Notes under the pieces: generated by a model
Seen by the model: the letters and a program-made list of their open reading frames with translations, nothing else
Database searches by the model: none
What the model was told of the DNA's origin: nothing
Shown here: positions 19,329 to 29,253 of the stretch, in pieces
How positions within the stretch are numbered: the stretch's first letter is position 1
How the letters are laid out: every line of letters begins with the position of its first letter
Assembly: GCA_030700065.1 (NCBI GenBank)
Contig: JAUYKH010000041.1
Span: forward strand, 4,659 to 68,658
DNA length: 64,000 nucleotides
From: a bacterium
GTDB lineage: Bacteria > Patescibacteriota > Doudnabacteria > UBA920 > 2-01-FULL-46-14
Direction of reading: 5' to 3'
Position numbers and translations under genes: made by a program

Positions 19329-20829
19329 ATTTATAGGTAAAAGAATATTGATTTTTCAACAGCGAAGCTGGGGCATCGGCATTGGTCATTTTTTGGCGCA
19401 AAAACTCAAGAGAGAAGGTTGTCGTCTTGCCGCCATAACCTTTAAAAAGTCTACCCAAGATTTTGTGGCGGGTCAACGGGAGGTAGAATACGAGCTTGTA
19501 ATCAATGATGACGAGGTATTGGGGAATTCTCGAGCCTATTTGGCAGGTCAAGATTATTCCCTCGGAGAGATTTGTCGGGATTTGGGGGTGGAAACAATTT
19601 GGCCGCTCGTTCAGAGCATGAGAAATCTTGTGAGATCTTATGGAGAAAAATACTACTACAGTTTTAAGCAGAATGTTCCTGACGAAGAAATTGAGCTTTA
19701 CATCAAAGCCGTTTATAAGTATATACGAGTGATTTTTGAACAATTCAATCCCGACCTTATCCTAAGTCCAAATTTTGTCGCGCTACCTTTTATTATGATG
19801 AATCTTTACGCTGCTCGGCGGAACGTGAAAATGATTGCCGTTACCGACGCAAAAATTAAGGGTATGTTTATGTTCAGCTACAGTTACCGCGATGATGACG
19901 GCCCGCTATTTACCAGACTGGCGGAGTTAAACATCGAAAAAGAAGAAAGCCCAAATAAAGAAAGAGCCAGACAATACATCGCCGAGTTCAGGCAGAAATT
20001 CAAAAATCCCGATCACTTGAATGTCCAGGATAAACCCATCTCACCTTACAAAACTTTACGCCACGAGCTTTCGCCCTATTACCACAGTTTACTTTGGCTA
20101 ATAAAAAAACCGCGGCACGATCTTAAGAACCTTGGCGTAATTATGGACTACCGTCCTCCCCGGATCATTTTGCGCGATCATTATATGCACAAGCGGTATA
20201 AAAGGTTTGCCCAGAATTTCTCCTATTTTCCCTTTGACCGTCTTCGAAAGTTTGTGTATTTTCCTCTGCAGTTTCAGCCCGAGGCCTCGATAGACGTCAT
20301 TGCGCCGTATTTCAGCAACCAAATTGAAACAGCCCGGCTGGTTGCAATGGCCTTGCCGGATGATTATACCCTGGTCGCAAAGGATCACCCTTCGATGGTT
20401 GGTTTGCACTCCCCGGGTTATTTGGAAAAAATTGTACGAACGCCTAATGTGAAATTGATTGATCACCGTCTTGGCAGCGAACAAATTTTGAAAAAAGCCG
20501 ATTTGGTGGTTAGTCCGAACAGCACCACATTGGCAGAGGCCGCGTTTTATAACAAGCCGGCGATCCAGCTCGGGGATTTGGGAATTACTCTTTGTCTTCC
20601 AAATGTTTTTAGGCATACGGATTTTACCACCTTGTCGTCAAAGATCCGAGATGTACTGAAAATTGATTTGCACACATTAGAGTATGAGCGTCTGCTTCAA
20701 AATTTTGTGGCCGCGGTCTACGACACAGGGTTTGATTTTAACTACACCAAGGCATGGGCGAAGGGCTTGAAAGGCGGAGGGGAAGAGCTTTGGCAAATTT
20801 ATAAGAAGGAGATTGAAAGGAACTTATGA
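19321..20829 (+). CDS. Capsule-polysaccharide-biosynthesis (KpsS/KpsC-like, Capsule_synth) family putative glycosyltransferase
   Basis: FVYFPLQFQPEASIDV..VAKDHPSMVG..ADLVVSPNSTTLAEAAFYNKPAIQLGD resembles retaining KpsS/KpsC-type (beta-Kdo-like) transferases. Pattern only. Confidence 0.4.
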   Translation: MDKFIGKRILIFQQRSWGIGIGHFLAQKLKREGCRLAAITFKKSTQDFVAGQREVEYELVINDDEVLGNSRAYLAGQDYSLGEICRDLGVETIWPLVQSMRNLVRSYGEKYYYSFKQNVPDEEIELYIKAVYKYIRVIFEQFNPDLILSPNFVALPFIMMNLYAARRNVKMIAVTDAKIKGMFMFSYSYRDDDGPLFTRLAELNIEKEESPNKERARQYIAEFRQKFKNPDHLNVQDKPISPYKTLRHELSPYYHSLLWLIKKPRHDLKNLGVIMDYRPPRIILRDHYMHKRYKRFAQNFSYFPFDRLRKFVYFPLQFQPEASIDVIAPYFSNQIETARLVAMALPDDYTLVAKDHPSMVGLHSPGYLEKIVRTPNVKLIDHRLGSEQILKKADLVVSPNSTTLAEAAFYNKPAIQLGDLGITLCLPNVFRHTDFTTLSSKIRDVLKIDLHTLEYERLLQNFVAAVYDTGFDFNYTKAWAKGLKGGGEELWQIYKKEIERNL

Positions 20830-22583
20830 ATACGAAAAATTCAAAAACCTATATTGGCATCAATGCTGAACCCGTGGATCCGTCAGTGGCCATAGTGCGA
20901 GACGGGAAAGTGTTGGCGTTCGCGGAAGAAGAGCGTTTTATCCGCTATAAACATGCCCTGAAGGTATACCCGATTCGGGCTTTGCGGTATTGTCTGAAGC
21001 AGACTGGCATATCCCTTCAAGATGTATCAGGCGTGGGAATTGCCTGGGACGTTGAAGCTTATTCGGACGGAAGATTGCGGGAATTTTTTGACAACATGGC
21101 TAAAACTTTGCCTGTGGACAAGGGAACTAAGGCCTGGCAGAATTACATGATCTCAACTCATAATTTCGAAGGCATCAAGAACGTCCATGTAAGGAATTGG
21201 CGGAAAATGGCCGGCGACATCAATATGCCAAAAATTCTATCATTTCCCCATCATTATACCCATGCCTTTCATGCTTATATGCAATCAGGCTTTGACAAGG
21301 CTGTTTGTCTGACAATAGACGGCTCGGGCGATAAGCACTGCACTGTGGTGTGGCGCTGTGAAGGCGACAAGATAGAACCTTTGCGCGAAATCACGATGCC
21401 CTATTCCTTGGGTTGGTTATATGGCGCGATAACCGAATATCTGGGTTTCAAATCCAAAGATGGGGAATATAAAGTGATGGGATTCGGGGCATATGGCGAA
21501 GCTGATCCGGAATTATTACGGAAGTTTGAACAGATTATCTCGGTCGCAGGGGACGGAGTGGAATACCGCCTGAATTCCCGATACATTCATTATGGCCAGC
21601 ATTCTTACTCGGATAGATTCACCGACGAGCTAGTAACTCTTTTTGGGAAACCTCCTCGCTTGCCGGACGAAGAAATCAATCATTGGCACGAAAATTTAGC
21701 TTTTGTGCTGCAAAAAAAACTGGAGGAGGCGGCAGTTCGGCTTGTGCATTGGGGGATTTCCAAAACGGGCATTCAAAACGTCTGCGTTGGCGGCGGCGTT
21801 GGGCACAATATTAAAATGAACAATGCTATTTTTGCCCTGCCGGAAGTTGAGTCGATATTCGTCCATCCCTTGTGCAGTGATTTGGGCGGCGCGGCCGGCG
21901 CAGCTTTGGCGGCTTGTTTTAATGAAACAGGCATCCGACCCGAAAAATTGGAAACCTTAGCTCTGGGACCAGAATTCTCTGACCAGGAAATTGAGGAAAT
22001 GCTAAAAATCGTCCGCGTGCCGTACGAAAAATTTGATGATATTTGCGCACCTGTCTCAAAAGAACTGGCGCGCGGCCGAGTTGTGGGGTGGTTTCAGGGC
22101 CGTATGGAAGCCGGTCCCCGCGCTTTGGGACAGCGCAGCATCTTGGCTGATCCCCGCGATGTAAAAAGTCGCGACAGAGTGAATGGAGTGGTCAAATTTA
22201 GGGAATACTGGCGGCCATTTTGTCCCTCCCTCACCTTGGAGTCCATGGAACATTACTTTGATAAGTATACAGAGGCTCCTTTTATGAATCTGGCATTTGT
22301 TGCCAATGAAAGATTAAAAAAAGAAGCGCCCGCTGTCGTGCACATTGACGGCACAGCGCGAGTGCAGACTGTCAGGCCCGACCACAATCCGCTTTTCCAC
22401 CGGCTACTCAAGACTTTTGAGAAAGAGTCAGGGGTGCCCGTGCTCCTTAATACCTCGTTTAACGTAAAAGGCGAGCCGATCGTTTGTACCCCCCAAGATG
22501 CCTTGCGCACCTTCTGGTCCACCGGACTTGACGCGCTCGCGATTGGCAGTTATTTCATTAACAAACATAACCGAAATCAATAG
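20826..22583 (+). CDS. NodU/CmcH-family carbamoyltransferase
   Basis: YIGINAEPVDPSVAIVRDGKVLAFAEEERFIRYKHA.. N-terminus with ~585 aa length and a C-terminal YrdC-like region. Confidence 0.75.
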   Translation: MNTKNSKTYIGINAEPVDPSVAIVRDGKVLAFAEEERFIRYKHALKVYPIRALRYCLKQTGISLQDVSGVGIAWDVEAYSDGRLREFFDNMAKTLPVDKGTKAWQNYMISTHNFEGIKNVHVRNWRKMAGDINMPKILSFPHHYTHAFHAYMQSGFDKAVCLTIDGSGDKHCTVVWRCEGDKIEPLREITMPYSLGWLYGAITEYLGFKSKDGEYKVMGFGAYGEADPELLRKFEQIISVAGDGVEYRLNSRYIHYGQHSYSDRFTDELVTLFGKPPRLPDEEINHWHENLAFVLQKKLEEAAVRLVHWGISKTGIQNVCVGGGVGHNIKMNNAIFALPEVESIFVHPLCSDLGGAAGAALAACFNETGIRPEKLETLALGPEFSDQEIEEMLKIVRVPYEKFDDICAPVSKELARGRVVGWFQGRMEAGPRALGQRSILADPRDVKSRDRVNGVVKFREYWRPFCPSLTLESMEHYFDKYTEAPFMNLAFVANERLKKEAPAVVHIDGTARVQTVRPDHNPLFHRLLKTFEKESGVPVLLNTSFNVKGEPIVCTPQDALRTFWSTGLDALAIGSYFINKHNRNQ

Positions 22584-22585
22584 GT

Positions 22586-23374
22586 ATGTTCGAACAAAAG
22601 CTCAACATCAGTTGCATTATCCCTACCTGCGATCGATCGGAGTATTTAAGAGAAGCATTGGATTCCGTTCTGAAGCAGACTTATGAGCCCTATGAGATAA
22701 TCGTGATAAATAACGGCAAGGATAAGGTTCACCTTTCATCAGAGTTAGCAGACAAAGTTCAGGTATACGACATTATTCCTTATGCCGGCGTGGCTCAAGC
22801 CAGAAATTTTGGGGCGAGCATGGCGACGGGTCATTACCTTGCTTTTTTGGACGATGATTGTCAGTGGGGAGAAAAATATTTGGAAAATATCGTCCCGGTT
22901 TTATTCAAAGGAATCGACTGCGTGTTGAGCGGTCAGTATGTAGTGGAAAACGGCAAGTTTAAACCGCTTCGAATCCCGGTCGGGCAGCTTCGGCAGGAAG
23001 TGTTGTTGGTCCAAAACCCCGGTGCTGGAGGCCCGAACGTTGTCATTTCAAAAGATCTTTTTTTCCGCGTTCGGGGTTATGACCCCAAACTCCCGCCGTC
23101 CGAGGATAAAGCCATGATATTGGAGGTTTTGCGAACTGGAACGGAAGTTTCCTTATTGCCGGAGAACAAGGTGATAATCGGGGTCAATGAAGGGCAAACA
23201 CTTTCGACTAATTATACAAAATTCATTGAAGGGGTTTTTCAGTTCACTCGCAAATATCGTTTTCTGATGAACCGCGAACAATATTTTTTCAATCGATGGA
23301 AGATCGCAAAATCCCGCCTGGCGAAATTATTTTGGGCGGTGCAGTATAGGGTAGCCAGATTTTTAAGGGTTTAA
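22586..23374 (+). CDS. Family 2 glycosyltransferase
   Basis: SCIIPTCDRSEYLREALDSVLKQTY..IIVINNG..AFLDDDC (DxD). Confidence 0.65.
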   Translation: MFEQKLNISCIIPTCDRSEYLREALDSVLKQTYEPYEIIVINNGKDKVHLSSELADKVQVYDIIPYAGVAQARNFGASMATGHYLAFLDDDCQWGEKYLENIVPVLFKGIDCVLSGQYVVENGKFKPLRIPVGQLRQEVLLVQNPGAGGPNVVISKDLFFRVRGYDPKLPPSEDKAMILEVLRTGTEVSLLPENKVIIGVNEGQTLSTNYTKFIEGVFQFTRKYRFLMNREQYFFNRWKIAKSRLAKLFWAVQYRVARFLRV

Positions 23375-23379
23375 TTTTT

Positions 23380-26130
23380 ATGGATTTTTATAGCAAAAAA
23401 TCAATCAAAATAATAGTGACCCTTGGTCCCGCCACCAGAACCGAGGCTGATTTGCGTCAAATCAAGGCGCGCGGGGTTGATTTTGTCCGCATCAATATGT
23501 CTCATTCCACCCTGGAAGATTTAAAGTATTTTATCGGTCTCGCGAAAAAAGTTGATATCCCGTTTATCATTGATACTGAAGGGTCCCAGGTGCGAACCGG
23601 TGAGTTGGCAGAAAATTCGATTGAGCTTGCTGAAAACGGCGAAGTCAAAATTTTTGCATACCCGAAGATTGGCGGGCCGCGGGAAATTGCGCTCAAACCC
23701 GCGTACATTCTACCCCTGCTCGAAAAAGGTGACATCCTGCATGTGGATTTTGAGAGTGCGATTTTGCGTGTCACAGACACTTCGACTCTTCCTCGGGGGT
23801 TTGTCCGAGCAAGAGCCATCAGCGCCGGCAGGGTTGGACGAAATAAAGCCGTAGTAATTGATTCTGTCATGCCCAAACTTCTCAATCTGCCGCCATTATC
23901 CAGCAAGGATTACGAATCAATCAGAATTGGCCTTCAGGAGGGGATAGGGCATGTGGGCGCTTCGTTTATGCGTTCAGCTGATTTTGTTGAGGAGGTACGC
24001 AAAGCAAGCCGGGACAAAATGCAGATCATTTCCAAAATTGAGTGCGTGGACGCGCTTAACAATCTTGGGGAAATTATCCAAGCGTCCGATTATTTGCTTT
24101 TGGACCGCGGTGATTTGAGCAAAGAGGTCCCGATCGAGAAAATTCCATTTTTGCAAAAACATATTATCAACGAGGCGCGCACTTTGGGCAAAGGCGTGTT
24201 TGTCGCCACAAACTTTTTGGAATCAATGGTCGCAAACAAGCGGCCGACCCGCGCGGAGGTGAGTGATGTTATAAACACAATTTTGGACGGGGTGTATGGC
24301 GTGGTGCTTTCGTCCGAGACAGCCATTGGCCGCTATCCCATCCGGAGTATCAACATGATGAACAAACTCATCGCAGAGGGGGAAGGAATGGTAGGCCATC
24401 AGGTGAATGGATTGTCAGATATTGGCCAAAGCAACCTCATACTCCCGCACGGGGGAAAACTGATTGATCGAGTTTTGAGGGAAATTCCCGAGTTTGACTT
24501 TCGCAACATGCCAAAGATTCAAATTGATGACGAGACTTATATGGATCTGGAACAAATCGCTCAAGGAACCTTTAGCCCGCTGGAGGGATTTATGTCCAAA
24601 GAGGAAGTACAAAGCGTGCTCGACCACACGCGTCTGCCAAGCGGAACCATCTGGCCTCTTCCCATTGTTTTGAGCGTTCCCAGCGAGCGAGCGGATAGCA
24701 TTGAAGCCGGACAAACAGTGGTTTTGACGGATCAGACCAGTCAGCCAGTGGCGCTACTGCACGTGGATGATAAGTACCAGTTTGGTTTGAGCGAGTTTGC
24801 GAAAAAATTATATGAAACAGAAAATTTGGAGCATCCGGGAGTTAGAAGGGTGACAAATTATCATCCTTGGTTTCTCGGCGGAAAAATTGATCTCATCAGA
24901 AGGCGGCCTTCGGATCACAAGGAATACGAGCTGACCCCGCGGCAGGCCAGACGTCTCTTTGCCGAACGCGGATGGCGGAGGATTGTCGGATTTCACACCC
25001 GAAATGTCATTCATCGCAGTCACGAGTTCATTCAACTCGCTGCCATGGACCGTGCTTCGGCTGACGGGCTTTTTGTCCATCCCGTGGTCGGCAAAAAAAA
25101 ACCGGGAGATTTTCATGCCGGATACATTATTCGAGCTTACGAAACAATGATGGAAAAATTTTATCCCAAGGACAGCGTGGTTTTGGGAACCTTCGCCACT
25201 TATTCCCGTTACGCCGGACCGCGCGAAGCGCTCTTTACGGCCATTTGCCGGCAAAATTTCGGCTGCAGTCATTTTATTGTAGGTCGGGACCATACCGGCG
25301 TAGGAAATTTTTACCATCCAAAGGCCAGTCACGAAATTTTTGACAAGTTTCCGGAACTTGAAATTATTCCTATCAGATTTGATAAAGTCTTTTATTCAAA
25401 AAAATTGCAAGACCACGTCCACGAGCCAGATGACCTGGGTCACGCGGAAGATGATAAGCTGCATATAAGCGGAACTGATGCGCGAAAACTTTTTGAAAAA
25501 GGCGAAGCCCCGCCGGAGTGGTTCATGCGCCCCGAGATTTCGCAAATAATTTTGGATGCAATAAATCAGGGCGAAGAAGTATTTGTTAAGGACGATCGGC
25601 CGAGCGGGTGCGTATTATGGTTCACGGGGCTTTCCGGTTCGGGCAAGACTACTGTCGCGGACCATTTGAAAGAAAAATTAGAGGTTAGAGGTTACACAGC
25701 GAAAATTTTGGACGGCGATGCCGTCAGGGCGACTCTACACAAAAATTTGGGTTTTACTCGCGAGGATATCAGGAAAAACAATGAAACCATAACGCGTTTA
25801 GCGAAGCAGGAGAGTCAAAAGCACGATTTTGTCTTGGTTCCGGTTATTTCTCCTTACGCAGAGGATCGGCAGATGGCGCGTGAGATAATGGGAAAGAATT
25901 TTTTTCTAGTCTATGCCGACTGTCCGCTTGAGGAATGTATTAAGCGAGACACGAAGGGTCTGTATCGGCGCGCGAGAGCGGGCGAGATCGAAAATCTTAT
26001 TGGTTTTTCAGAAACTAACCCTTATGAAGCGCCACAGGATTCTGATGTGACAATCAGCGCGCACCTGGAAAACCCCGAGCAAAGCTTAAAGAAGGTTTGG
26101 CAGTTTCTTAAAAGCAGGAGATTTGTATGA
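23380..26130 (+). CDS. Tri-domain fusion: pyruvate-kinase-like catalytic domain + ATP sulfurylase (sulfate adenylyltransferase) + APS kinase
   Basis: aa 1-330 carry PK barrel/A-domain signatures (IVTLGPATRT, RINMSHS, IIDTEGSQVRTG, ISKIE, LLLDRGDLSKEV, ATNFLESMVANKRPTRAEVSDV, VVLSSETAIG). The middle domain has IVGFHTRNVIHRSHE and HPVVGKKKPGDF of ATP sulfurylase. The C-terminal domain has WFTGLSGSGKTTVA of APS kinase. It is one 916-aa ORF. Confidence 0.75.
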   Translation: MDFYSKKSIKIIVTLGPATRTEADLRQIKARGVDFVRINMSHSTLEDLKYFIGLAKKVDIPFIIDTEGSQVRTGELAENSIELAENGEVKIFAYPKIGGPREIALKPAYILPLLEKGDILHVDFESAILRVTDTSTLPRGFVRARAISAGRVGRNKAVVIDSVMPKLLNLPPLSSKDYESIRIGLQEGIGHVGASFMRSADFVEEVRKASRDKMQIISKIECVDALNNLGEIIQASDYLLLDRGDLSKEVPIEKIPFLQKHIINEARTLGKGVFVATNFLESMVANKRPTRAEVSDVINTILDGVYGVVLSSETAIGRYPIRSINMMNKLIAEGEGMVGHQVNGLSDIGQSNLILPHGGKLIDRVLREIPEFDFRNMPKIQIDDETYMDLEQIAQGTFSPLEGFMSKEEVQSVLDHTRLPSGTIWPLPIVLSVPSERADSIEAGQTVVLTDQTSQPVALLHVDDKYQFGLSEFAKKLYETENLEHPGVRRVTNYHPWFLGGKIDLIRRRPSDHKEYELTPRQARRLFAERGWRRIVGFHTRNVIHRSHEFIQLAAMDRASADGLFVHPVVGKKKPGDFHAGYIIRAYETMMEKFYPKDSVVLGTFATYSRYAGPREALFTAICRQNFGCSHFIVGRDHTGVGNFYHPKASHEIFDKFPELEIIPIRFDKVFYSKKLQDHVHEPDDLGHAEDDKLHISGTDARKLFEKGEAPPEWFMRPEISQIILDAINQGEEVFVKDDRPSGCVLWFTGLSGSGKTTVADHLKEKLEVRGYTAKILDGDAVRATLHKNLGFTREDIRKNNETITRLAKQESQKHDFVLVPVISPYAEDRQMAREIMGKNFFLVYADCPLEECIKRDTKGLYRRARAGEIENLIGFSETNPYEAPQDSDVTISAHLENPEQSLKKVWQFLKSRRFV

Positions 26131-26948
26131 TAAAATTTTGGGACGAAACCAATTTGGCGATTGAGGCGGCCAGGGCGGCTGGCAAGAAAATTTTGCAGGT
26201 GTATCAAACTGATTTCAAGACAGAACGAAAGGCTGACTATGAACCGATAACTTTGGCGGACCGGACAAGTCAAAAGACAATTCTTGAAGTTTTGGGTTCC
26301 TCTCATCTGCCGGTCCTTTCCGAAGAGCAGGAGGACGATTTATTACGTTTGAAGCAGGAACGCGTGTGGATTGTGGATCCTCTGGATGGGACAGCTGATT
26401 TCGTGGCTCGGACTGATGAATTTTGCGTAATGATTGCATTGGTAGAGAGTCAGATTTCCATACTCGGAGTAATTTATGAGCCGACTAATGATACTTTGTT
26501 TGTGGCCCAAAAGGGGGAAGGGGCGTATATCTGCAAGAATGGTCATTGGGAAAGACTGCGGGTGAGCAATGTACAGGGTCTTGACCAAATTCGGGCGGTC
26601 ATGAGCAGAAATCATTTGTTGGAAGAAGAAAAGGACATTCTGGCAAAAATAGGAGTTAAAAACTTTGTCCAAATGGGCAGTGCGGGACTGAAGGCCGCGG
26701 GGATTGCGGAAGGACGGTTTGATTTGTATTTCACGATGACAAACAAAATAAAACAATGGGATACAGCCGCGGCAAATTGTCTAATAAACGAGGCGGGCGG
26801 AAAAATAACAGATCTCGCGGGCAAAGACCTTATCTATAATATGGAAGATGTTTATCACAGAGATGGTATTTTGATGAGCAATGGAAAGATTCACGGGGAA
26901 GTGCTCAAGATTTATAGGGGTTTCAAAAATAAGCAATCAAATAATTAA
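26127..26948 (+). CDS. Inositol-monophosphatase-family protein (CysQ-like 3'(2'),5'-bisphosphate nucleotidase, putative)
   Basis: WIVDPLDGTADF motif of the IMPase/CysQ family. CysQ role is inferred from adjacency to the PAPS synthase. Confidence 0.55.
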   Translation: MIKFWDETNLAIEAARAAGKKILQVYQTDFKTERKADYEPITLADRTSQKTILEVLGSSHLPVLSEEQEDDLLRLKQERVWIVDPLDGTADFVARTDEFCVMIALVESQISILGVIYEPTNDTLFVAQKGEGAYICKNGHWERLRVSNVQGLDQIRAVMSRNHLLEEEKDILAKIGVKNFVQMGSAGLKAAGIAEGRFDLYFTMTNKIKQWDTAAANCLINEAGGKITDLAGKDLIYNMEDVYHRDGILMSNGKIHGEVLKIYRGFKNKQSNN

Positions 26949-26965
26949 CTTTCTAAAAATCGTTT

Positions 26966-27940
26966 ATGTTGGAACAATTCACTGACAAATTAAGAGGGAA
27001 AAGGATATTAGTCACCGGGGGTGCCGGGTTTTTGGGTTCGCACTTATGCGGAAGACTTCTCGCACATGGAGCAAAAGTGATCTGTTTTGATGATTTGAGC
27101 ACGGGGACAAGGGAAAACATTAACGAATATCTCGGTAGGGACGAATTTGCCTTCGTTACTGGCGATGCAAATAAATTTGCCGATCTTTCGAACGTTTTTG
27201 ACGCAGAGAAGATTGACTATGTTTTTCACTACGCCGCACGGGTTGGCGTAAAACGCACTACAGAACAGCCCCTCGAGGTCCTGGAAGACGTGGAAGGTAT
27301 AAAAAATGTGTTGCATCTTTCCAATAAGCATAACGTCGAAAAGGTTATCTTTTCTTCTTCGTCGGAAGTGTACGGCGAGCCGGTCGAGTTTCCAGAACGG
27401 GAGAACGGTCACGTTAACCCCAAACTCCCATATGCTTCAGTTAAACACATTGGCGAGAAATTCATGGAGTCTTACCACAAAGTCCACGGCCTGCGGACCT
27501 GTTCACTTCGCTTCTTCAATATTTATGGGCCCAAGCAAGACTCCTCGGCTTACGGTTTTGTGGTAGGGATATTTATCAAACAGGCGCTTTCTGGTGGCCC
27601 CTTGACCGTGCTCGGCGACGGGACGCAGACGCGGGATTTTGTGTTCGTGGATGACAATATCAACAGTTCCATTCTCGCCTTGCTCACGAACGCAACCGAT
27701 GGGCATGTGGTCAATATCGGCACTGGCCGTCCCATGACCATCTTGGATATGGCCGAGCTTGTAATCAAAGTCACCGGCAAAGATGTAAAGATTGAATTTT
27801 TGCCTTTCCGCGAGGGTGAAATCAGACATCGCTTCCCCGACGTGAGCAAAATGCGCAGCCTCCTGGGTTACAGGCCGATGCACACGATCGAGGAAGGCGT
27901 TCGTAAAACCATGGAGTGGTATCAGGGGCGATTATCGTAA
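26966..27940 (+). CDS. NAD-dependent epimerase/dehydratase (extended SDR; UDP-sugar 4-epimerase/decarboxylase-like)
   Basis: ILVTGGAGFLGSHLCGRLL and catalytic YASVKHIGEK. Confidence 0.7.
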   Translation: MLEQFTDKLRGKRILVTGGAGFLGSHLCGRLLAHGAKVICFDDLSTGTRENINEYLGRDEFAFVTGDANKFADLSNVFDAEKIDYVFHYAARVGVKRTTEQPLEVLEDVEGIKNVLHLSNKHNVEKVIFSSSSEVYGEPVEFPERENGHVNPKLPYASVKHIGEKFMESYHKVHGLRTCSLRFFNIYGPKQDSSAYGFVVGIFIKQALSGGPLTVLGDGTQTRDFVFVDDNINSSILALLTNATDGHVVNIGTGRPMTILDMAELVIKVTGKDVKIEFLPFREGEIRHRFPDVSKMRSLLGYRPMHTIEEGVRKTMEWYQGRLS

Positions 27941-27951
27941 TTTTAGAAGCC

Positions 27952-29253
27952 ATGTTATTTCGAAAGTTGAAAAATAAATTTCGCTCAAGTATTGTCCCCT
28001 TCTTTATCAAGTTGAGCGTTGCATTGAACTGGCCGCGGCTAACCGCCTGGATTTTGGTCGCGGTTGTTCAGCAGATGAACGAGGGCGGAGAATATAGCGT
28101 GCTGTGTCTGCGACGGAGTGTTTTTATGGACGATATCCAGGCAATGATTCGCTATAGTGGTCGCATTCGGTATTTTGCGATTGAGAGAATGCATTTTACC
28201 ATAATCCTCACCCATTTTTTGTCCAAGGACGAGCAGAGAGCGATTACCGAGAACAATTATCACACACATCCAATTGGGCTCGAGGGAAAAAAGAAATACT
28301 ATGAGTATCTGGGACAAGTACTTCCGATTTTACAAAAAAAGATCGGCTTTCAAGCCATTTTCTCGGGAAATTTTGGATACGTTCAGCAACAGGAGCTGAT
28401 GCAGCTTTGCAAAGACTCAAATATTCCCTTCATAGTTTTTCACAAGGAAGGGCTGATTGCCGGATTTTTTGAGGGGGCGAACGAAATGTACCAGGGACGC
28501 AAGTTCGTGGGCGATAGGTTGCTCATCTACAACGAGAAAATAACCCGGGCATTATTGGATAAAGTATCCGAGTTAACTCCGGAAAAAATCCGTTTAGTCG
28601 GGGTGCCGCGACTTGATCGTTACAAGGAGCCGTTTTACATCCCTCGACGCGCACAAATAGTTTTTTTCTCCTTTTACATAAAAAATTGGATGCCGAAAAT
28701 CATCCATGACGAAAAAAAATATGAAGCAGCCGAAGAGCGGGCATTGTCTTTTCACCGGTGGATTTTAAATTTTGCCAAAAAACATCCAGAGTTTGATGTG
28801 ATTTTAAAAACGAAGGCCGCTGATTTTTACTTGGAATACGCAAAAAAAATATTCGCCGACCCCTCACTACTGAAATTGCCGAACTTAACGGTAAGAAATT
28901 ATGGGGATCCTGTCGAACTGATCAAACAGTCGAGGGCGGTCTTGGGCTACAATTCAATGGCATTAATTGAAGCGCTCATCGCCGGTAAACCGATTTTTTC
29001 ACCTTTTTTTGGGGATTTGGCTGGTCCAGGGAAAGCTTGGGACTATTTTAGCAATTATCCGGAATTGATTAATTATATAAAAACTGAGGATGACCTGGAA
29101 ATGCTTCTTGACCTGGAACGGTTTACGCCTCACGATCAGAAGCTGGTCACGGAGTTTGTCGAGCAGTTTGCCTATCGCCCCGATGGTCAGGCGAGCTTTC
29201 GGGCGGAGCAGGAAGTAATCAACGTTATCGAGGAGTACGCCAATGCCGGTTAA
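27952..29253 (+). CDS. Putative GT-B-like glycosyl/glycerophosphotransferase (TagF-like), start uncertain
   Basis: LVGVPRLDRY and GYNSMALIEALIAGKPIF resemble the Glyphos_transf/GT-B C-terminal pattern. ATG 27952 follows the upstream stop, and an alternative ATG lies at 28126. Confidence 0.3.
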   Translation: MLFRKLKNKFRSSIVPFFIKLSVALNWPRLTAWILVAVVQQMNEGGEYSVLCLRRSVFMDDIQAMIRYSGRIRYFAIERMHFTIILTHFLSKDEQRAITENNYHTHPIGLEGKKKYYEYLGQVLPILQKKIGFQAIFSGNFGYVQQQELMQLCKDSNIPFIVFHKEGLIAGFFEGANEMYQGRKFVGDRLLIYNEKITRALLDKVSELTPEKIRLVGVPRLDRYKEPFYIPRRAQIVFFSFYIKNWMPKIIHDEKKYEAAEERALSFHRWILNFAKKHPEFDVILKTKAADFYLEYAKKIFADPSLLKLPNLTVRNYGDPVELIKQSRAVLGYNSMALIEALIAGKPIFSPFFGDLAGPGKAWDYFSNYPELINYIKTEDDLEMLLDLERFTPHDQKLVTEFVEQFAYRPDGQASFRAEQEVINVIEEYANAG

